Position numbers and translations under genes: made by a program
In this document: in pieces, positions 39,630 to 49,595 of the stretch
Layout: every line of letters begins with the position of its first letter
Position numbering within the stretch: position 1 is the first letter of the stretch
Assembly: GCA_016181405.1 (NCBI GenBank)
Contig: JACOZJ010000003.1
Coordinates: forward strand, 42,749 to 106,748
Direction of reading: 5' to 3'
From: Candidatus Wildermuthbacteria bacterium
Lineage (GTDB): Bacteria > Patescibacteriota > Minisyncoccia > Minisyncoccales > UBA10102
DNA: 64,000 nucleotides
The notes under the pieces: generated by a model
Database searches by the model: none
Told to the model about the DNA's origin: nothing
The model's input: the letters and a program-made list of their open reading frames with translations, nothing else

Positions 39630-40313
39630 ATGAGAAAGCAGGCATCAACCGGAAAACTCTTCGCATTTGAGGGTATCGACGGATCTGGAAAATCAACCCA
39701 GGCTGGTTTGTTGATACAGAAAATGACAGAAGAAGGATACACGGTTCGTGCAATTGATTTCCCCCAATACGGGAAAAAGTCTGCAGGCCTTGTGGAGGAA
39801 TATCTGGGAGGAAAATATGGAAGCGCCGATGAAGTGGGACCGCAAATCTCCTCGATATTCTATGCCGCGGATCGCTACGATTTAAGTTTTCAAATCCGCG
39901 AGTGGCTTGCAAAAGGATTCATAGTTGTAACAGACCGCTATGTGGGATCGAATATGGGCCACCAGGGAGCGAAAATCGCTTCCCTCCAGAAAAGACAAGA
40001 GTTTTTCAAATGGTTGTATGATTTGGAATACGGAATTTTTCAAATTCCCAAACCCACTATTTCTCTCTTTCTCGACGTACCCGCCCGCATAGCGCAAGAA
40101 CTCTGCGAAAACCCGGAACGCAGAAAGAAAAAGAAAAAAGATATTCATGAGCGAGATCCCAAACACTTCCAAAAAGCAGAACAGGCATACCGCCACGCCA
40201 TGCGAATGTTTCCAAACGACTTTGTGACTGTTAAAAATATGCAGAGCGGCAAACTTCTTGATCCGCAGGAAGTTCACGGGCGTGTTTGGACAAAAATTGA
40301 GAACTATCTATAA
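39630..40313 (+). CDS. tmk: Thymidylate kinase
   Basis: ...KLFAFEGIDGSGKSTQAGLL...DRYVGSNMGHQGA... Confidence 0.9.
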   Translation: MRKQASTGKLFAFEGIDGSGKSTQAGLLIQKMTEEGYTVRAIDFPQYGKKSAGLVEEYLGGKYGSADEVGPQISSIFYAADRYDLSFQIREWLAKGFIVVTDRYVGSNMGHQGAKIASLQKRQEFFKWLYDLEYGIFQIPKPTISLFLDVPARIAQELCENPERRKKKKKDIHERDPKHFQKAEQAYRHAMRMFPNDFVTVKNMQSGKLLDPQEVHGRVWTKIENYL

Positions 40314-40323
40314 TAGAGCAACT

Positions 40324-41775
40324 ATGCGCTATATTCCTACTATTGGGCTGGAAATTCATGCGGAGCTCAAAACCGAGAGCAAAATGTTTTGTTCATGCAA
40401 GAATGATCCCAATGAAAAGCAGCCAAACGTGAACATTTGCCCAATTTGCATGGGGCATCCGGGCACTTTGCCCGTGCCGAACGAACTGGCAATCCATATG
40501 GTAATAAAAACCGGTCTGGCTTTACAGTGCACCATAGCTCCGTATTCAAAATTCGACCGGAAAAATTATTTTTACCCCGACCTTCCCAAGGGTTATCAAA
40601 TAAGTCAGTATGATTTGCCTCTTTGCCAAAAAGGCAAATTGCGAATAGAGGAGCGCGACATCCAAATTACCAGAATTCATTTGGAAGAAGATACCGGCAG
40701 GTCGCAGCACGCCGAAAACAAAAGCCATTCATTAGTAGATTTTAACCGAGCCGGCGTGCCGCTCATGGAACTTGTTACCGAGCCCGACTTGCATAGCGGC
40801 GAAGAATCTGTCGCGTTTGCCCAAGAGCTGCAAAGGCTATTGCGGTATCTTAGCGTTTCTGATGCTGATATGGAAAAAGGGCAAATGCGCGTGGAAGCGA
40901 ATATTTCCATCCGGCCTGAAGGAACCGAAACCCTCGGCACGAAAGTTGAAGTTAAAAACTTAAACTCGTTTCGCTCTGTTCAGAACGCCATCGACTTTGA
41001 AATAAAGCGACAAACGCAAGTATTGAATGCGGGAGAAGAAATAAACCAAGAAACGCGCGGGTGGAATGAAACCGAAAAAGAAACCTTTTCGCAGCGCGAA
41101 AAAGAATCGGCGCATGATTACCGCTATTTTCCTGAACCCGATATTCCGCCACTCACTTTTACACCCGCGTTCATCGAAATGCGCCGTCTTGAAATCCCGG
41201 AACTCCCACAAGCTAAAAAATTGCGTTTGCAGAAAGAATATAATCTTGGTGAAAAAGAAGCTGCCTTGCTTGTAAAAGATAGGGGATTGGGTGAATACTT
41301 TGAACAAGTGGTAAGCGAGCTTGGCTCCCGGCTGTCTGTCGAAGAGCTCGCGAAACGCGTGAAACTTGTGGGCAACTATATTGTTTCTGATTTACAAGGT
41401 TTGCTTGCCGGCAATTCGGTGGAAGATAAAAACTTCAAGATTACACCCGAGAACTTTGCAGAACTCGTCAACATGATTGCGACAAACAAAATTTCTTCCC
41501 CGGCTGCAAAATCTCTCCTTAGAAAAATGTTCGCAACAGGCGGCGATCCATCCCAGCTCTTGGAATCTGAAGGCCTAACCCAAGTCTCAAACCAGGAAGA
41601 GATTGCGCGTATTGCCAAGGAAATCATTGAGAAAAATCCCAAAGCGGTGCAAGACTACAAAAACGGCAAAGCAAACGCTTTCCAGTTTCTTGTCGGAGAA
41701 ATGATGGCAAAAACCAAGGGTACGGCCAATCCCGAAACCGTCCGCACCAACATTCTCAAAATTATTGAAGGTTAA
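40324..41775 (+). CDS. gatB: Asp/Glu-tRNA amidotransferase subunit B
   Basis: MRYIPTIGLEIHAELKTESKMFCSC...NRAGVPLMELVTEPD...; ATG at 40324. Confidence 0.93.
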   Translation: MRYIPTIGLEIHAELKTESKMFCSCKNDPNEKQPNVNICPICMGHPGTLPVPNELAIHMVIKTGLALQCTIAPYSKFDRKNYFYPDLPKGYQISQYDLPLCQKGKLRIEERDIQITRIHLEEDTGRSQHAENKSHSLVDFNRAGVPLMELVTEPDLHSGEESVAFAQELQRLLRYLSVSDADMEKGQMRVEANISIRPEGTETLGTKVEVKNLNSFRSVQNAIDFEIKRQTQVLNAGEEINQETRGWNETEKETFSQREKESAHDYRYFPEPDIPPLTFTPAFIEMRRLEIPELPQAKKLRLQKEYNLGEKEAALLVKDRGLGEYFEQVVSELGSRLSVEELAKRVKLVGNYIVSDLQGLLAGNSVEDKNFKITPENFAELVNMIATNKISSPAAKSLLRKMFATGGDPSQLLESEGLTQVSNQEEIARIAKEIIEKNPKAVQDYKNGKANAFQFLVGEMMAKTKGTANPETVRTNILKIIEG

Positions 41776-42646
41776 GCTCAACAAGCCGTTTAGCTTCCGC
41801 ATATATGGAGATCCAATGAATGCGGGGATCTTTTTTGAACCAAACCATCTGGCGGCGGACAAAAGCTTCACTTTCTTTTTGAATGCGCGTAATCATTTCT
41901 TGTTTTGTGATTTTCCCCTGAAAGAATTGTGCGATATATCGGTATTCCAAGCCAAATGCCTCGAGCCTACGCCACGATACGCCTTCCCTATGGAGGCGCT
42001 CTACTTCACGTATCATTCCTTGCCTAAGCCGTTTATCCAAACGCTTCTTAATCCGCTTTTTGAGCTCTTCTGGCGAACGCCGAATGCCAAGCATCAAAAC
42101 ATCGAACGATGGAGCATTTTTCTGTAGCGGAGAAATCGGCTTTCCGGTCGTCAGCACAATCTCCAAAGCGCGCACAAGACGCCGTTTGTTTTTCTGTTCA
42201 ATCGTATTAGCGCGCGCAGGATCGAGCGATTTGAGCTTTTCATATAACTCCTCTATCGAAAGCTTTTCGAGTTCTTGCCGCAACTTCGTATTTGGCTTTA
42301 CTTCGGGGATTACAATCCCATCAACAACAGCATAAATATAAAATGGGCTACCGCCAACAAAAAAGGGAAGTTTATTCCGTCGGCTTATTGATGCTATCGC
42401 CTGAATAGCGCGACGCTGATACTGGGCTACGGTAAAGGTGCGCTTCGGCGAAGCTACGTCTAAAAGATGATGGGGAATACCCATCGTTTCTTTCTGCGTA
42501 ATTTTTCCAGAGCCAATGTCGAGACCACGGTAGACCTGCCGTGAATCTGCCGAAACAATTTCTCCATCAAACCGCCTTGCCAGTTTCACCGCAAGCTCCG
42601 ACTTCCCGGAAGCGGTCGGCCCGACAATAACAACAACTTTCCTCAT
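41762..42646 (-). CDS. miaA: tRNA dimethylallyltransferase
   Basis: MRKVVVIVGPTASGKSELAVKLARRF...SADSRQVYRGLDIGSGK... Confidence 0.92.
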   Translation of the reverse strand: MRKVVVIVGPTASGKSELAVKLARRFDGEIVSADSRQVYRGLDIGSGKITQKETMGIPHHLLDVASPKRTFTVAQYQRRAIQAIASISRRNKLPFFVGGSPFYIYAVVDGIVIPEVKPNTKLRQELEKLSIEELYEKLKSLDPARANTIEQKNKRRLVRALEIVLTTGKPISPLQKNAPSFDVLMLGIRRSPEELKKRIKKRLDKRLRQGMIREVERLHREGVSWRRLEAFGLEYRYIAQFFQGKITKQEMITRIQKESEAFVRRQMVWFKKDPRIHWISIYAEAKRLVELNLQ

Positions 42647-42685
42647 ACCTCTATAAAGCGCAAGAAAGAGACATGATGCGAGCGA

Positions 42686-44287
42686 TTAATGGATTTCCTC
42701 TTTTTTCTCGCGAAGGAAACTTCGCCATTGCTCCAAGAATTCTACGAACATCTGGAATGGCGCTTCAATAAGGAAATTGAGTACGAGGACAAGCACATTG
42801 TACCGAACTATCTGCCCTGAAAGCCATCGCCCAACCTGAATCATGGGCAAAGAGAAAATGTCAAACACGTTGTACAGAAACCCCTCTTTAACAGATTCTA
42901 CCATTAGTTCGCGCGCCTGCTGGCGAATTTTGGTTCCGGCAAAAAGCACAAGTGACATAAACATCAAGAAGATAAGCATAGAAAAAGGTGAAAATTCGAG
43001 TTTTTGCAAAATCCATATGAGTGCGCCAAAAGAAATGATAAAACTGAAAAGATAAAACACATAAACTGTGCTCGCCCCAAGTCCGGCTCGTTTGCGTGGC
43101 GGAAAAATGTTATGCGGTTCTTGACTGCCGCGCACCTGAATAATCTTTACGACTTCCATCATCACGCGCTCAAAATTGCGTTGCGTGCTTGTCCGCACAG
43201 TGGTAACCAAACCAAACAGTACAATAGCAGGAACCGCAACGCTCAAACCAATCGCAAGATAATTAAGCTCCGCCTGCAAATATCGATCCACTGGGATTTC
43301 AATTGCGAGCGCAATGAGTATTTTTGTGATAAATATTGATAAAATACTGTAAAAAGCCGCCCGGCCAATACGCCTTCGCAATCTCGCATGGCGCTTATCA
43401 TACGCGTGTCGAATGGCCTCTTCCAAAGCAGGGGGATCATTCGCGAGCTGTTCGAAACGGTCTGTATCGTCACTTAGTATATCGTGTAAAATAAGATAAG
43501 GAGTATCGTATTTCTCCGCAAGCTGGTAAAAACGCTCGCCATACGGGTGGGAAATGATTTTCTCAACATTCTCGCGCAAAGTATCAAGATTCTCCGCGAC
43601 ATAAGTAAGCGTTTCCTGTGATGGAGTTTTCCAATCCGGATAAAACTTTTCGAGGATATGGTAAGCAATGCTAAAATTATCGAGTTTAAACAATGTCTTC
43701 TGCACGGCCACATAAATCTGCAGCCTCTTTTCGCCTTCCTCGAGCGGCCTTTCAAGATCGCGTTTCCGGGCAACCAGATTTATGCTTTTCTCCAAGTCTT
43801 CGGTCATTAACTCGATAAGGGCGCGCTCACGCCGCGGGGCAGAAAGCGCCTCTTCAATTTCCACCGCGGCTATGGAAAGAATCCAATCGGCAGAATTCCT
43901 CCCTCCATTCTGCTGTCCATTTCGCGAATGCTCAGCAATAAATATGTATTTCTCGATAACGGCCTGAATCTCGTCAACCTGCTTAAATGAAATCCTCTTG
44001 TTTGGGAAATGTCCTCCGCGCACAAGCTCGGCAAGAAAATTCTCTGCAAAGCCTTCGCTTACCTTATGTATAGCAAGCCGGCGTTTGAGAATACGTTCAA
44101 TTGCGGTCTTCCGAAGCAAGTGTTCGGCTCTCCAATCCACGATTTCCCGAAGCTTTTCATAAAATAAAGCTACGCGCGCCACGACCTCATCCACAGAGAT
44201 TACCTCCTCTTCTTGCCGAATTTGAGCCCTTTCTTTCCACAATTCATATTCTGCAATAAGTTTTTGTACGCCCGGAGAAATTACCAT
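42686..44287 (-). CDS. Hypothetical integral membrane protein (helical N-terminal domain, about 5 C-terminal TM helices)
   Basis: 533-aa ORF overlapping the thrS stop by 7 nt. No motif that I can name. Confidence 0.6.
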   Translation of the reverse strand: MVISPGVQKLIAEYELWKERAQIRQEEEVISVDEVVARVALFYEKLREIVDWRAEHLLRKTAIERILKRRLAIHKVSEGFAENFLAELVRGGHFPNKRISFKQVDEIQAVIEKYIFIAEHSRNGQQNGGRNSADWILSIAAVEIEEALSAPRRERALIELMTEDLEKSINLVARKRDLERPLEEGEKRLQIYVAVQKTLFKLDNFSIAYHILEKFYPDWKTPSQETLTYVAENLDTLRENVEKIISHPYGERFYQLAEKYDTPYLILHDILSDDTDRFEQLANDPPALEEAIRHAYDKRHARLRRRIGRAAFYSILSIFITKILIALAIEIPVDRYLQAELNYLAIGLSVAVPAIVLFGLVTTVRTSTQRNFERVMMEVVKIIQVRGSQEPHNIFPPRKRAGLGASTVYVFYLFSFIISFGALIWILQKLEFSPFSMLIFLMFMSLVLFAGTKIRQQARELMVESVKEGFLYNVFDIFSLPMIQVGRWLSGQIVRYNVLVLVLNFLIEAPFQMFVEFLEQWRSFLREKKEEIH

Positions 44288-46086
44288 ATACGTATGTGAG
44301 TTTTTTGAACAAACGCTTCAAGTTTCATTGCACCAAGGTCACCCTTGCCGCGTTCGCGCACGCTTATTTCATGGTTACTCATTTCTTTTTCTCCAACTAT
44401 GAGTGAATAGGGTATTTTCATTGTTTCACCTTCCCGAATTCGTTTGCCCAGCGTTTCGTTTTCGCCGTTCATGCGAATACGAAAATCTTTATCTGCGGCC
44501 AGAAGTTTTTGCTGAACCTCTTGCGCGTAGCCCGCAAATTTATCCGATACCGGTAAAATCCAAATCTGTTCGGGCGCTAGCCAAAAAGGAAAGGCACCAG
44601 CGTAGTGTTCAATCAAAAACGCAATAAACCGCTCGTGGGAACCAAGAGGAGCTCGATGTATAACATACAAAGGTTTTTCTGAGCCATCCTTATCGCGATA
44701 CGTGAGATTAAACCGTTCTGTCGCAAGAAAATCAAGCTGGTTAGTGGAAGCTGTCTCTTCGCGGCCAATAACGCTTTTAATTTGGAAATCAACTTTCGGC
44801 CCATAGAACGCGGCTTCACCTTCAGCTTCCTGGTAGGGGAGTCCTGATTTTTTCATCGCGCTTCTGATAATTTCAACAGCCTCTTTCCACGCTTTTGGAA
44901 CCCCGGCATACTTTTTCTTGTCTTTTGCCGGCAGCGAAAGCCGCATATAAAAATTTTCAATTCCAAATACTTTTTTGTACCAAAATTCGTGTAGCTGCAT
45001 TACTTTAAGGAACTCTTCTTCTGCCTGTTCTTTGGTGCAATAGATGTGGGCATCGTTTTGCGTAAATCCGCGCACACGCAAAAGCCCAGCTAGGGTGCCG
45101 GAAAGTTCATACCGATATACAGTGCCAAATTCCGCGTAGCGCAATGGCAGTTCACGATAACTATGAGGTTCTGCCCTGTAAATCATATGAGTATGCGGGC
45201 AATTCATGGCCTTCAAATAGTATTTGCCGTCGTCCAATTCCATCGGAGGATACATACTATCTGCATAGTAGGGGATATGCCCAGACATTTTATACAGGGC
45301 TTCCTTCGCGATATGGGGAGTGGTAACGCGCTGATACCCCCATTCTCGCTCTATTTGTTTTGCGCATTTCTCAATTTCTTCGCGGATAATCGTCCCATTT
45401 GGCAGCCAAAGAGGCAATCCAGGCCCAACTTCTGGGGCGAATGTAAATAGCTTGAGTTTTTCTCCAAGCACGCGATGATCCCGTTTTTTTGCTTCTTCTT
45501 GCCGCCAAAGGTAATCATCGAGTTCCTTCTTAGTGGCAAAAGCCGCCCCATACACGCGGGTAAGCATAGGATTTTTTTCATCACCTCGCCAGTAAGCTCC
45601 AGCAACGCTTGTAAGCTTGAAAGCATCAAGCGGCAATTCGCGCGTATTTTTTACGTGCCCGCCGCGGCACAAATCCAAAAACACGTCGCCGGTATATACC
45701 ATACCTACCTTCAAAAATTTTGGATTTTGGATTTTGGATTTTGAGCTTTGCGCTTTGGATTTTACGAGATCTCGGATGAGCTCGAGCTTATACGGCTGTT
45801 TCAGTTTCTTGTAGTGCAACGTTGCCTTAGGCGCTGGCCACAGTTCCCTTTTGAAAGCCAAGTTTTGTTTTGCGATAAAGCGCATTTCTTCTTCGATTTT
45901 GGCCAAATCCGCCTCGGTAATTTTGAGTTTTCCGAAATCATAATAAAACCCGTTTTCAATCACGGGCCCAATTCCCAATTCCACCTTGGGATAGAGCTTT
46001 TTCACGGCCGCCGCGAGCACATGCGCGAACGAGTGCCGCATATTTTCTATAGCTTCTCTGGAACTTTTCGAAGGAATGTCTGCCAT
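44281..46086 (-). CDS. thrS: Threonyl-tRNA synthetase (no N-terminal TGS domain)
   Basis: ...HSFAHVLAAAVKKLYP...CRGGHV...HRAPLGSHERFIAFLIEH...; ATG at 46086. Confidence 0.93.
   Translation of the reverse strand: MADIPSKSSREAIENMRHSFAHVLAAAVKKLYPKVELGIGPVIENGFYYDFGKLKITEADLAKIEEEMRFIAKQNLAFKRELWPAPKATLHYKKLKQPYKLELIRDLVKSKAQSSKSKIQNPKFLKVGMVYTGDVFLDLCRGGHVKNTRELPLDAFKLTSVAGAYWRGDEKNPMLTRVYGAAFATKKELDDYLWRQEEAKKRDHRVLGEKLKLFTFAPEVGPGLPLWLPNGTIIREEIEKCAKQIEREWGYQRVTTPHIAKEALYKMSGHIPYYADSMYPPMELDDGKYYLKAMNCPHTHMIYRAEPHSYRELPLRYAEFGTVYRYELSGTLAGLLRVRGFTQNDAHIYCTKEQAEEEFLKVMQLHEFWYKKVFGIENFYMRLSLPAKDKKKYAGVPKAWKEAVEIIRSAMKKSGLPYQEAEGEAAFYGPKVDFQIKSVIGREETASTNQLDFLATERFNLTYRDKDGSEKPLYVIHRAPLGSHERFIAFLIEHYAGAFPFWLAPEQIWILPVSDKFAGYAQEVQQKLLAADKDFRIRMNGENETLGKRIREGETMKIPYSLIVGEKEMSNHEISVRERGKGDLGAMKLEAFVQKTHIRIW
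45718..45764. repeat. Short repeat family B inside thrS (tttggattttggattttggattttgagctttgcgctttggatttt); encodes KSKAQSSKSKIQNPK on the minus strand
   Basis: 29 of 31 nt match 50671-50700. Includes a TTTTGGA x3 tandem. Confidence 0.75.
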
Positions 46087-46260
46087 AGCCAATTGACTAG
46101 TTATACCACAAAACAAAAACCCCCTCAACAGGGAAGTACCCCAAGCGCTTAAGCCACGGAAAAGTTTGACTTTTTATCGGTAGCGTGTTAGTGTATCGCC
46201 AGCACTTGCTGGTGGGAAAACCCTTAAATTGTATAGCCAGCAAGAAGGAAGGTGGTTCCG

Positions 46261-46545
46261 ATGTCAAAGAAATTCCTGGTAATCTTGGCGCTCGTAGCCG
46301 TCCTGGCGGCCGTATTGGTTCTTCCAGGACAGGGAGCCGACGCACGGCAGAAGCGTTCGGCCTTCCAGGTGACCTCGGTAGGGATACAGCGCTCTGACAC
46401 GGGCACATGGCTAGAGAGCCACGTTGATCTGAATGTGCTGTCCATCCGGATACGGCCGGCCGCAAACCAGGATGGAGTCGCGGTCACTATCGTAGACACG
46501 TCGGGAAACGTCGTCTACGACGGAACGCCAGGCACCAAGAACTAG
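46261..46545 (+). CDS. Hypothetical small secreted protein (94 aa)
   Basis: AGGAAGGTGG SD; MSKKFLVILALVAVLAAVLVLPGQGA is a signal-like N-terminus. Confidence 0.65.
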   Translation: MSKKFLVILALVAVLAAVLVLPGQGADARQKRSAFQVTSVGIQRSDTGTWLESHVDLNVLSIRIRPAANQDGVAVTIVDTSGNVVYDGTPGTKN

Positions 46546-46584
46546 CTCCAGCGCCCTGTAGTAGAAGCACCTAATACCCAGAAA

Positions 46585-46829
46585 CGGGCAGGGCAGGCGA
46601 CGAGAAGTCCAAACCTTCTTTCGCCTGCTCACTCTCATTGAGTGCATCAAGGAATTGGTGGATTCAACAGGAGTTCCAGTACTTTTAAATACACATCCGC
46701 CGCTTCATAGCGGCGAAACGGACATTACCGCAGAAACGCTTAAAACAATTGATTGAAAGAAGTGAAAACGAGTAGTAGTGTTCGTCTCGCCGCTATGGAG
46801 CAGGCAATCTCTCTAAGGAGAAGACATCT
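46585..46829 (+). promoter_or_regulatory. Structured intergenic RNA module, copy 1
   Basis: Stem-loop 46585-46628. Local GCCGC-TTCATA-GCGGC hairpin. CATAGCGGCGA (46706-16) is complementary to TCGCCGCTATG (46787-97). Homologous to the copies at 54346 and 55091. Confidence 0.6.
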
Positions 46830-46871
46830 ATGGAGAACAAATTTGTGGATTTTTATAGAAACAAAACCTGA
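46830..46871 (+). CDS. Possible 13-aa micro-ORF (MENKFVDFYRNKT) downstream of module copy 1
   Basis: AAGGAG SD 8 nt upstream. The stop lies inside the terminator stem. It may not be translated. Confidence 0.25.
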   Translation: MENKFVDFYRNKT

Positions 46872-46893
46872 CAGTTGCTGTCAGGTTTTGTTT
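46863..46893. terminator. Bidirectional terminator aaaacctgacag-ttg-ctgtcaggtttt shared with dnaE
   Basis: Perfect 12-bp stem flanked by A-run and T-run. Confidence 0.75.
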
Positions 46894-49595
46894 TAGGAGG
46901 CTACGATTTCCTCGACTTCTTCGGCGAGGAATTTTTTTTCGCCGTCGCGGCTATCGAGACGACCAGTTACAAACACCATTTTATTTTCTTGCAGAGCGGT
47001 CGGATAGCGCTCGATAACCGAAGGAAACACCACAACCTCGATACGATCGGTTAAATCCTCCAAGGCAACAAAAAGCATGGGTTTGCCACTTTTGGTAATA
47101 ATTCTTTTCACCGAAGAAATAATACCTCCAATGCGCAAGCGCTCGCGTTGCCGGCTAAACTGAAACTTGTATCGCGTATTTTGAATCTCCTGCACCGCCT
47201 CTTGCAGCGAACGGATCGCCAGCGCCCTACTTTCCAAAATGTTTTTGATCGCTTTCAAAGGATGAGAAGTTACATATAATCCCAGCAATTCCTTTTCCCA
47301 TAGCAAAAGCTCTGACTCTTTTGCGGGTTCTGTAGCTTCCAGCACGAGTGAAGAGTGATTCTGTTCTGCCGGCTGGCTGTCGAACAAGCCTTTTTGCCCG
47401 TTGGCTTTTGTTTTCTGATTTTCACGCGCAACGGTAAGCAATCGCTCCATGTTTTTTAGGAGCTGGTTACGCTCGCCGAACTGATCGAATACGCCGGCTT
47501 TTACCATGCTTTCCATCGATTTCTTGTTCAAATCTTTTGTTGCCACGCGGGTCACAAAATTTTGAATCGCCAGATAAGGGCCATCTGCCTTACGTTCTTG
47601 AATAATAGACGCCACAATCCCTTCGCCCACGTTTTTGATGGCCAATAGCCCAAAGCGAATCTGATTTTTTGCCGGCACGGCAGAAAAAAAGGCGAAGCTC
47701 TCGTTTACGTCGGGAGGCAACACTTCAATACCCATTTTTCGCGTTTCCTCAATCAAGAACGCGATGCGTTCAACATCGTTGCGTTCCGAAGTTAGAAGAG
47801 CAGACATATATTCCAAAGGATAGTTCGCTTTAAGCCACGCGGTTTGGTAGGCGATGGTGGCGTAGCACGCCGCATGGCTCCTATTGAAACCATAGCTCGC
47901 GAAAGGCTCAATAAAATCAAAAACACTCTCCGCGATTTTCTTTGAAGTTCCAGCTGCGACTGCTCTCTCCACAAATTTTACTTTTTGCTCCTCTAAGAGC
48001 GTCTTTATTTTTTTCCCAATGGCCTTGCGGAGAATGTCTGCCTCTCCATAGGAAAATCCGGCGAGTTCACGCGCTATCTGCAGAATTTGTTCCTGGTACA
48101 CGGCAATCCCATACGTATTGCGTAAAATGGGTTCTAGTTTTGGATGCAAATACCGAATTTCTTTTTCTCCATGCTTGCGGGCAATATAGTCGGGTATAAG
48201 TTCCATCGGACCTGGCCGATAGAGCGCAACCATGGCAATAATGTCTTCAAACTCGGTTGGCTTCAATTCTTTTAAGTATCTTCTCATCCCGCCGCTTTCC
48301 AGTTGGAACACCCCGGTTGTATCGCCCGCCTGCAAAAGCTTGTACACTTTTGGATCATTCAAAGGGATAGTATCGATATCAATATTTTTGCCGCGAATGG
48401 CGTATATGCGCTTGAGTGTTTCTTCAATAATGCTCAAGTTTTTCAGCCCCAAAAAATCCATTTTTAAAAGGCCGATGTCTTCCACGCTGTGCATTTCGTA
48501 TTGGGTAACTATCGCCTCATCGTTTTGCGTGGGGTGCTGCAAAGGCACGCGCGTATCCAAGGGTTCTGCCGCAATCACCACCCCGCAAGCGTGCGTGGAA
48601 GCGTGCCGCGCGACACCCTCGAGCTTTTTGCCCAAATCAATTAAACGTTTGGCTTTTTCATCTTCCTCGTATAGAGCTTTGAATTCATCCACTTGCTCCA
48701 ATGCTTCCTCGAGCGAAGAACCAAAGGGAATCAGTTTTGCCGCGCGGTCACAGTATCCATACTCATATTCGAGCGCGCGCCCTACATCGCGTATCACGGC
48801 GCGCGAGGCCATTGTTCCAAATGTAATAATTTGCGCCACGCGATCCCGCCCGTATTTTTGAGCCACGTATTCTATAACTTCGTCGCGCCTTGTGTCTGCA
48901 AAATCCAAATCAATGTCCGGCAGAGAAACGCGTTCTGGATTCAAAAATCGCTCGAACAAAAGTTTATAGCGAATAGGATCAACGTTTGTAATCTTGAGCA
49001 AGTACGCCGCGATAGATCCAGCGGCAGATCCGCGGCCCGGCCCCACCACAATGCGGTTTTGCTTTGCCCAGTTCACAAAATCCTGCACAATTAAGAAGTA
49101 GGCGGCAAATCCGGTTTGGAGAATCACGTCGAGCTCATATTCCAGCCGTTTTACAGCATCTCCCGAATCGGTGTATTGCGGCTTTTCCTTCAACCCCTCG
49201 TAGCAAAGTTCGCGGAGATATGCGTCGGCAGTTTTCCCTTCAGGAAGAGGAAATTTGGGCAAAAGATTTTTCCCAAGTACAAGCTCCAGATTGCAGGCTT
49301 CGGCTATGACTTGCGTATTTGTTAAAGCTTCTGGAACATCTTTGAAAAGCTCTGCCATTTCTTCTGCGCTTTTTAACGAGAAATCATCATGCTTGAGCGT
49401 CAGGCGTTCCTCATCGCTATTCTTCGCCCCGGTATTAATAAGCATTAAAATATCCTGTGCTTCTGCGTCATCTTTTCGCAGATAGTGCGAATCGGCGGTT
49501 GCCACCAACGGAATACCAGTACGCTTGGAAATTGCAATCAATTCTTTGTTTACTGTTTCTTGTTCTTTGATATTCGGATGATTCTGCAGCTCCAA
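46893..49595 (-). CDS. dnaE: DNA polymerase III alpha subunit, main body (from ...YLELQNHP onward)
   Basis: ...ELQNHPNIKEQETVNKELIAISKRTGIPLVATADSHYL...PGPMELIPDY... In this frame the homology extends upstream to IFGKGNYY, but the only in-frame start is a TTG. Confidence 0.85.
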   Translation of the reverse strand: MELQNHPNIKEQETVNKELIAISKRTGIPLVATADSHYLRKDDAEAQDILMLINTGAKNSDEERLTLKHDDFSLKSAEEMAELFKDVPEALTNTQVIAEACNLELVLGKNLLPKFPLPEGKTADAYLRELCYEGLKEKPQYTDSGDAVKRLEYELDVILQTGFAAYFLIVQDFVNWAKQNRIVVGPGRGSAAGSIAAYLLKITNVDPIRYKLLFERFLNPERVSLPDIDLDFADTRRDEVIEYVAQKYGRDRVAQIITFGTMASRAVIRDVGRALEYEYGYCDRAAKLIPFGSSLEEALEQVDEFKALYEEDEKAKRLIDLGKKLEGVARHASTHACGVVIAAEPLDTRVPLQHPTQNDEAIVTQYEMHSVEDIGLLKMDFLGLKNLSIIEETLKRIYAIRGKNIDIDTIPLNDPKVYKLLQAGDTTGVFQLESGGMRRYLKELKPTEFEDIIAMVALYRPGPMELIPDYIARKHGEKEIRYLHPKLEPILRNTYGIAVYQEQILQIARELAGFSYGEADILRKAIGKKIKTLLEEQKVKFVERAVAAGTSKKIAESVFDFIEPFASYGFNRSHAACYATIAYQTAWLKANYPLEYMSALLTSERNDVERIAFLIEETRKMGIEVLPPDVNESFAFFSAVPAKNQIRFGLLAIKNVGEGIVASIIQERKADGPYLAIQNFVTRVATKDLNKKSMESMVKAGVFDQFGERNQLLKNMERLLTVARENQKTKANGQKGLFDSQPAEQNHSSLVLEATEPAKESELLLWEKELLGLYVTSHPLKAIKNILESRALAIRSLQEAVQEIQNTRYKFQFSRQRERLRIGGIISSVKRIITKSGKPMLFVALEDLTDRIEVVVFPSVIERYPTALQENKMVFVTGRLDSRDGEKKFLAEEVEEIVAS

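Noticed and set aside
45718-45764. CRISPR array or other long tandem array
   Set aside because: There is only a 7-nt unit repeated about three times inside thrS. I noticed no repeat-spacer periodicity and no cas genes anywhere in the window.
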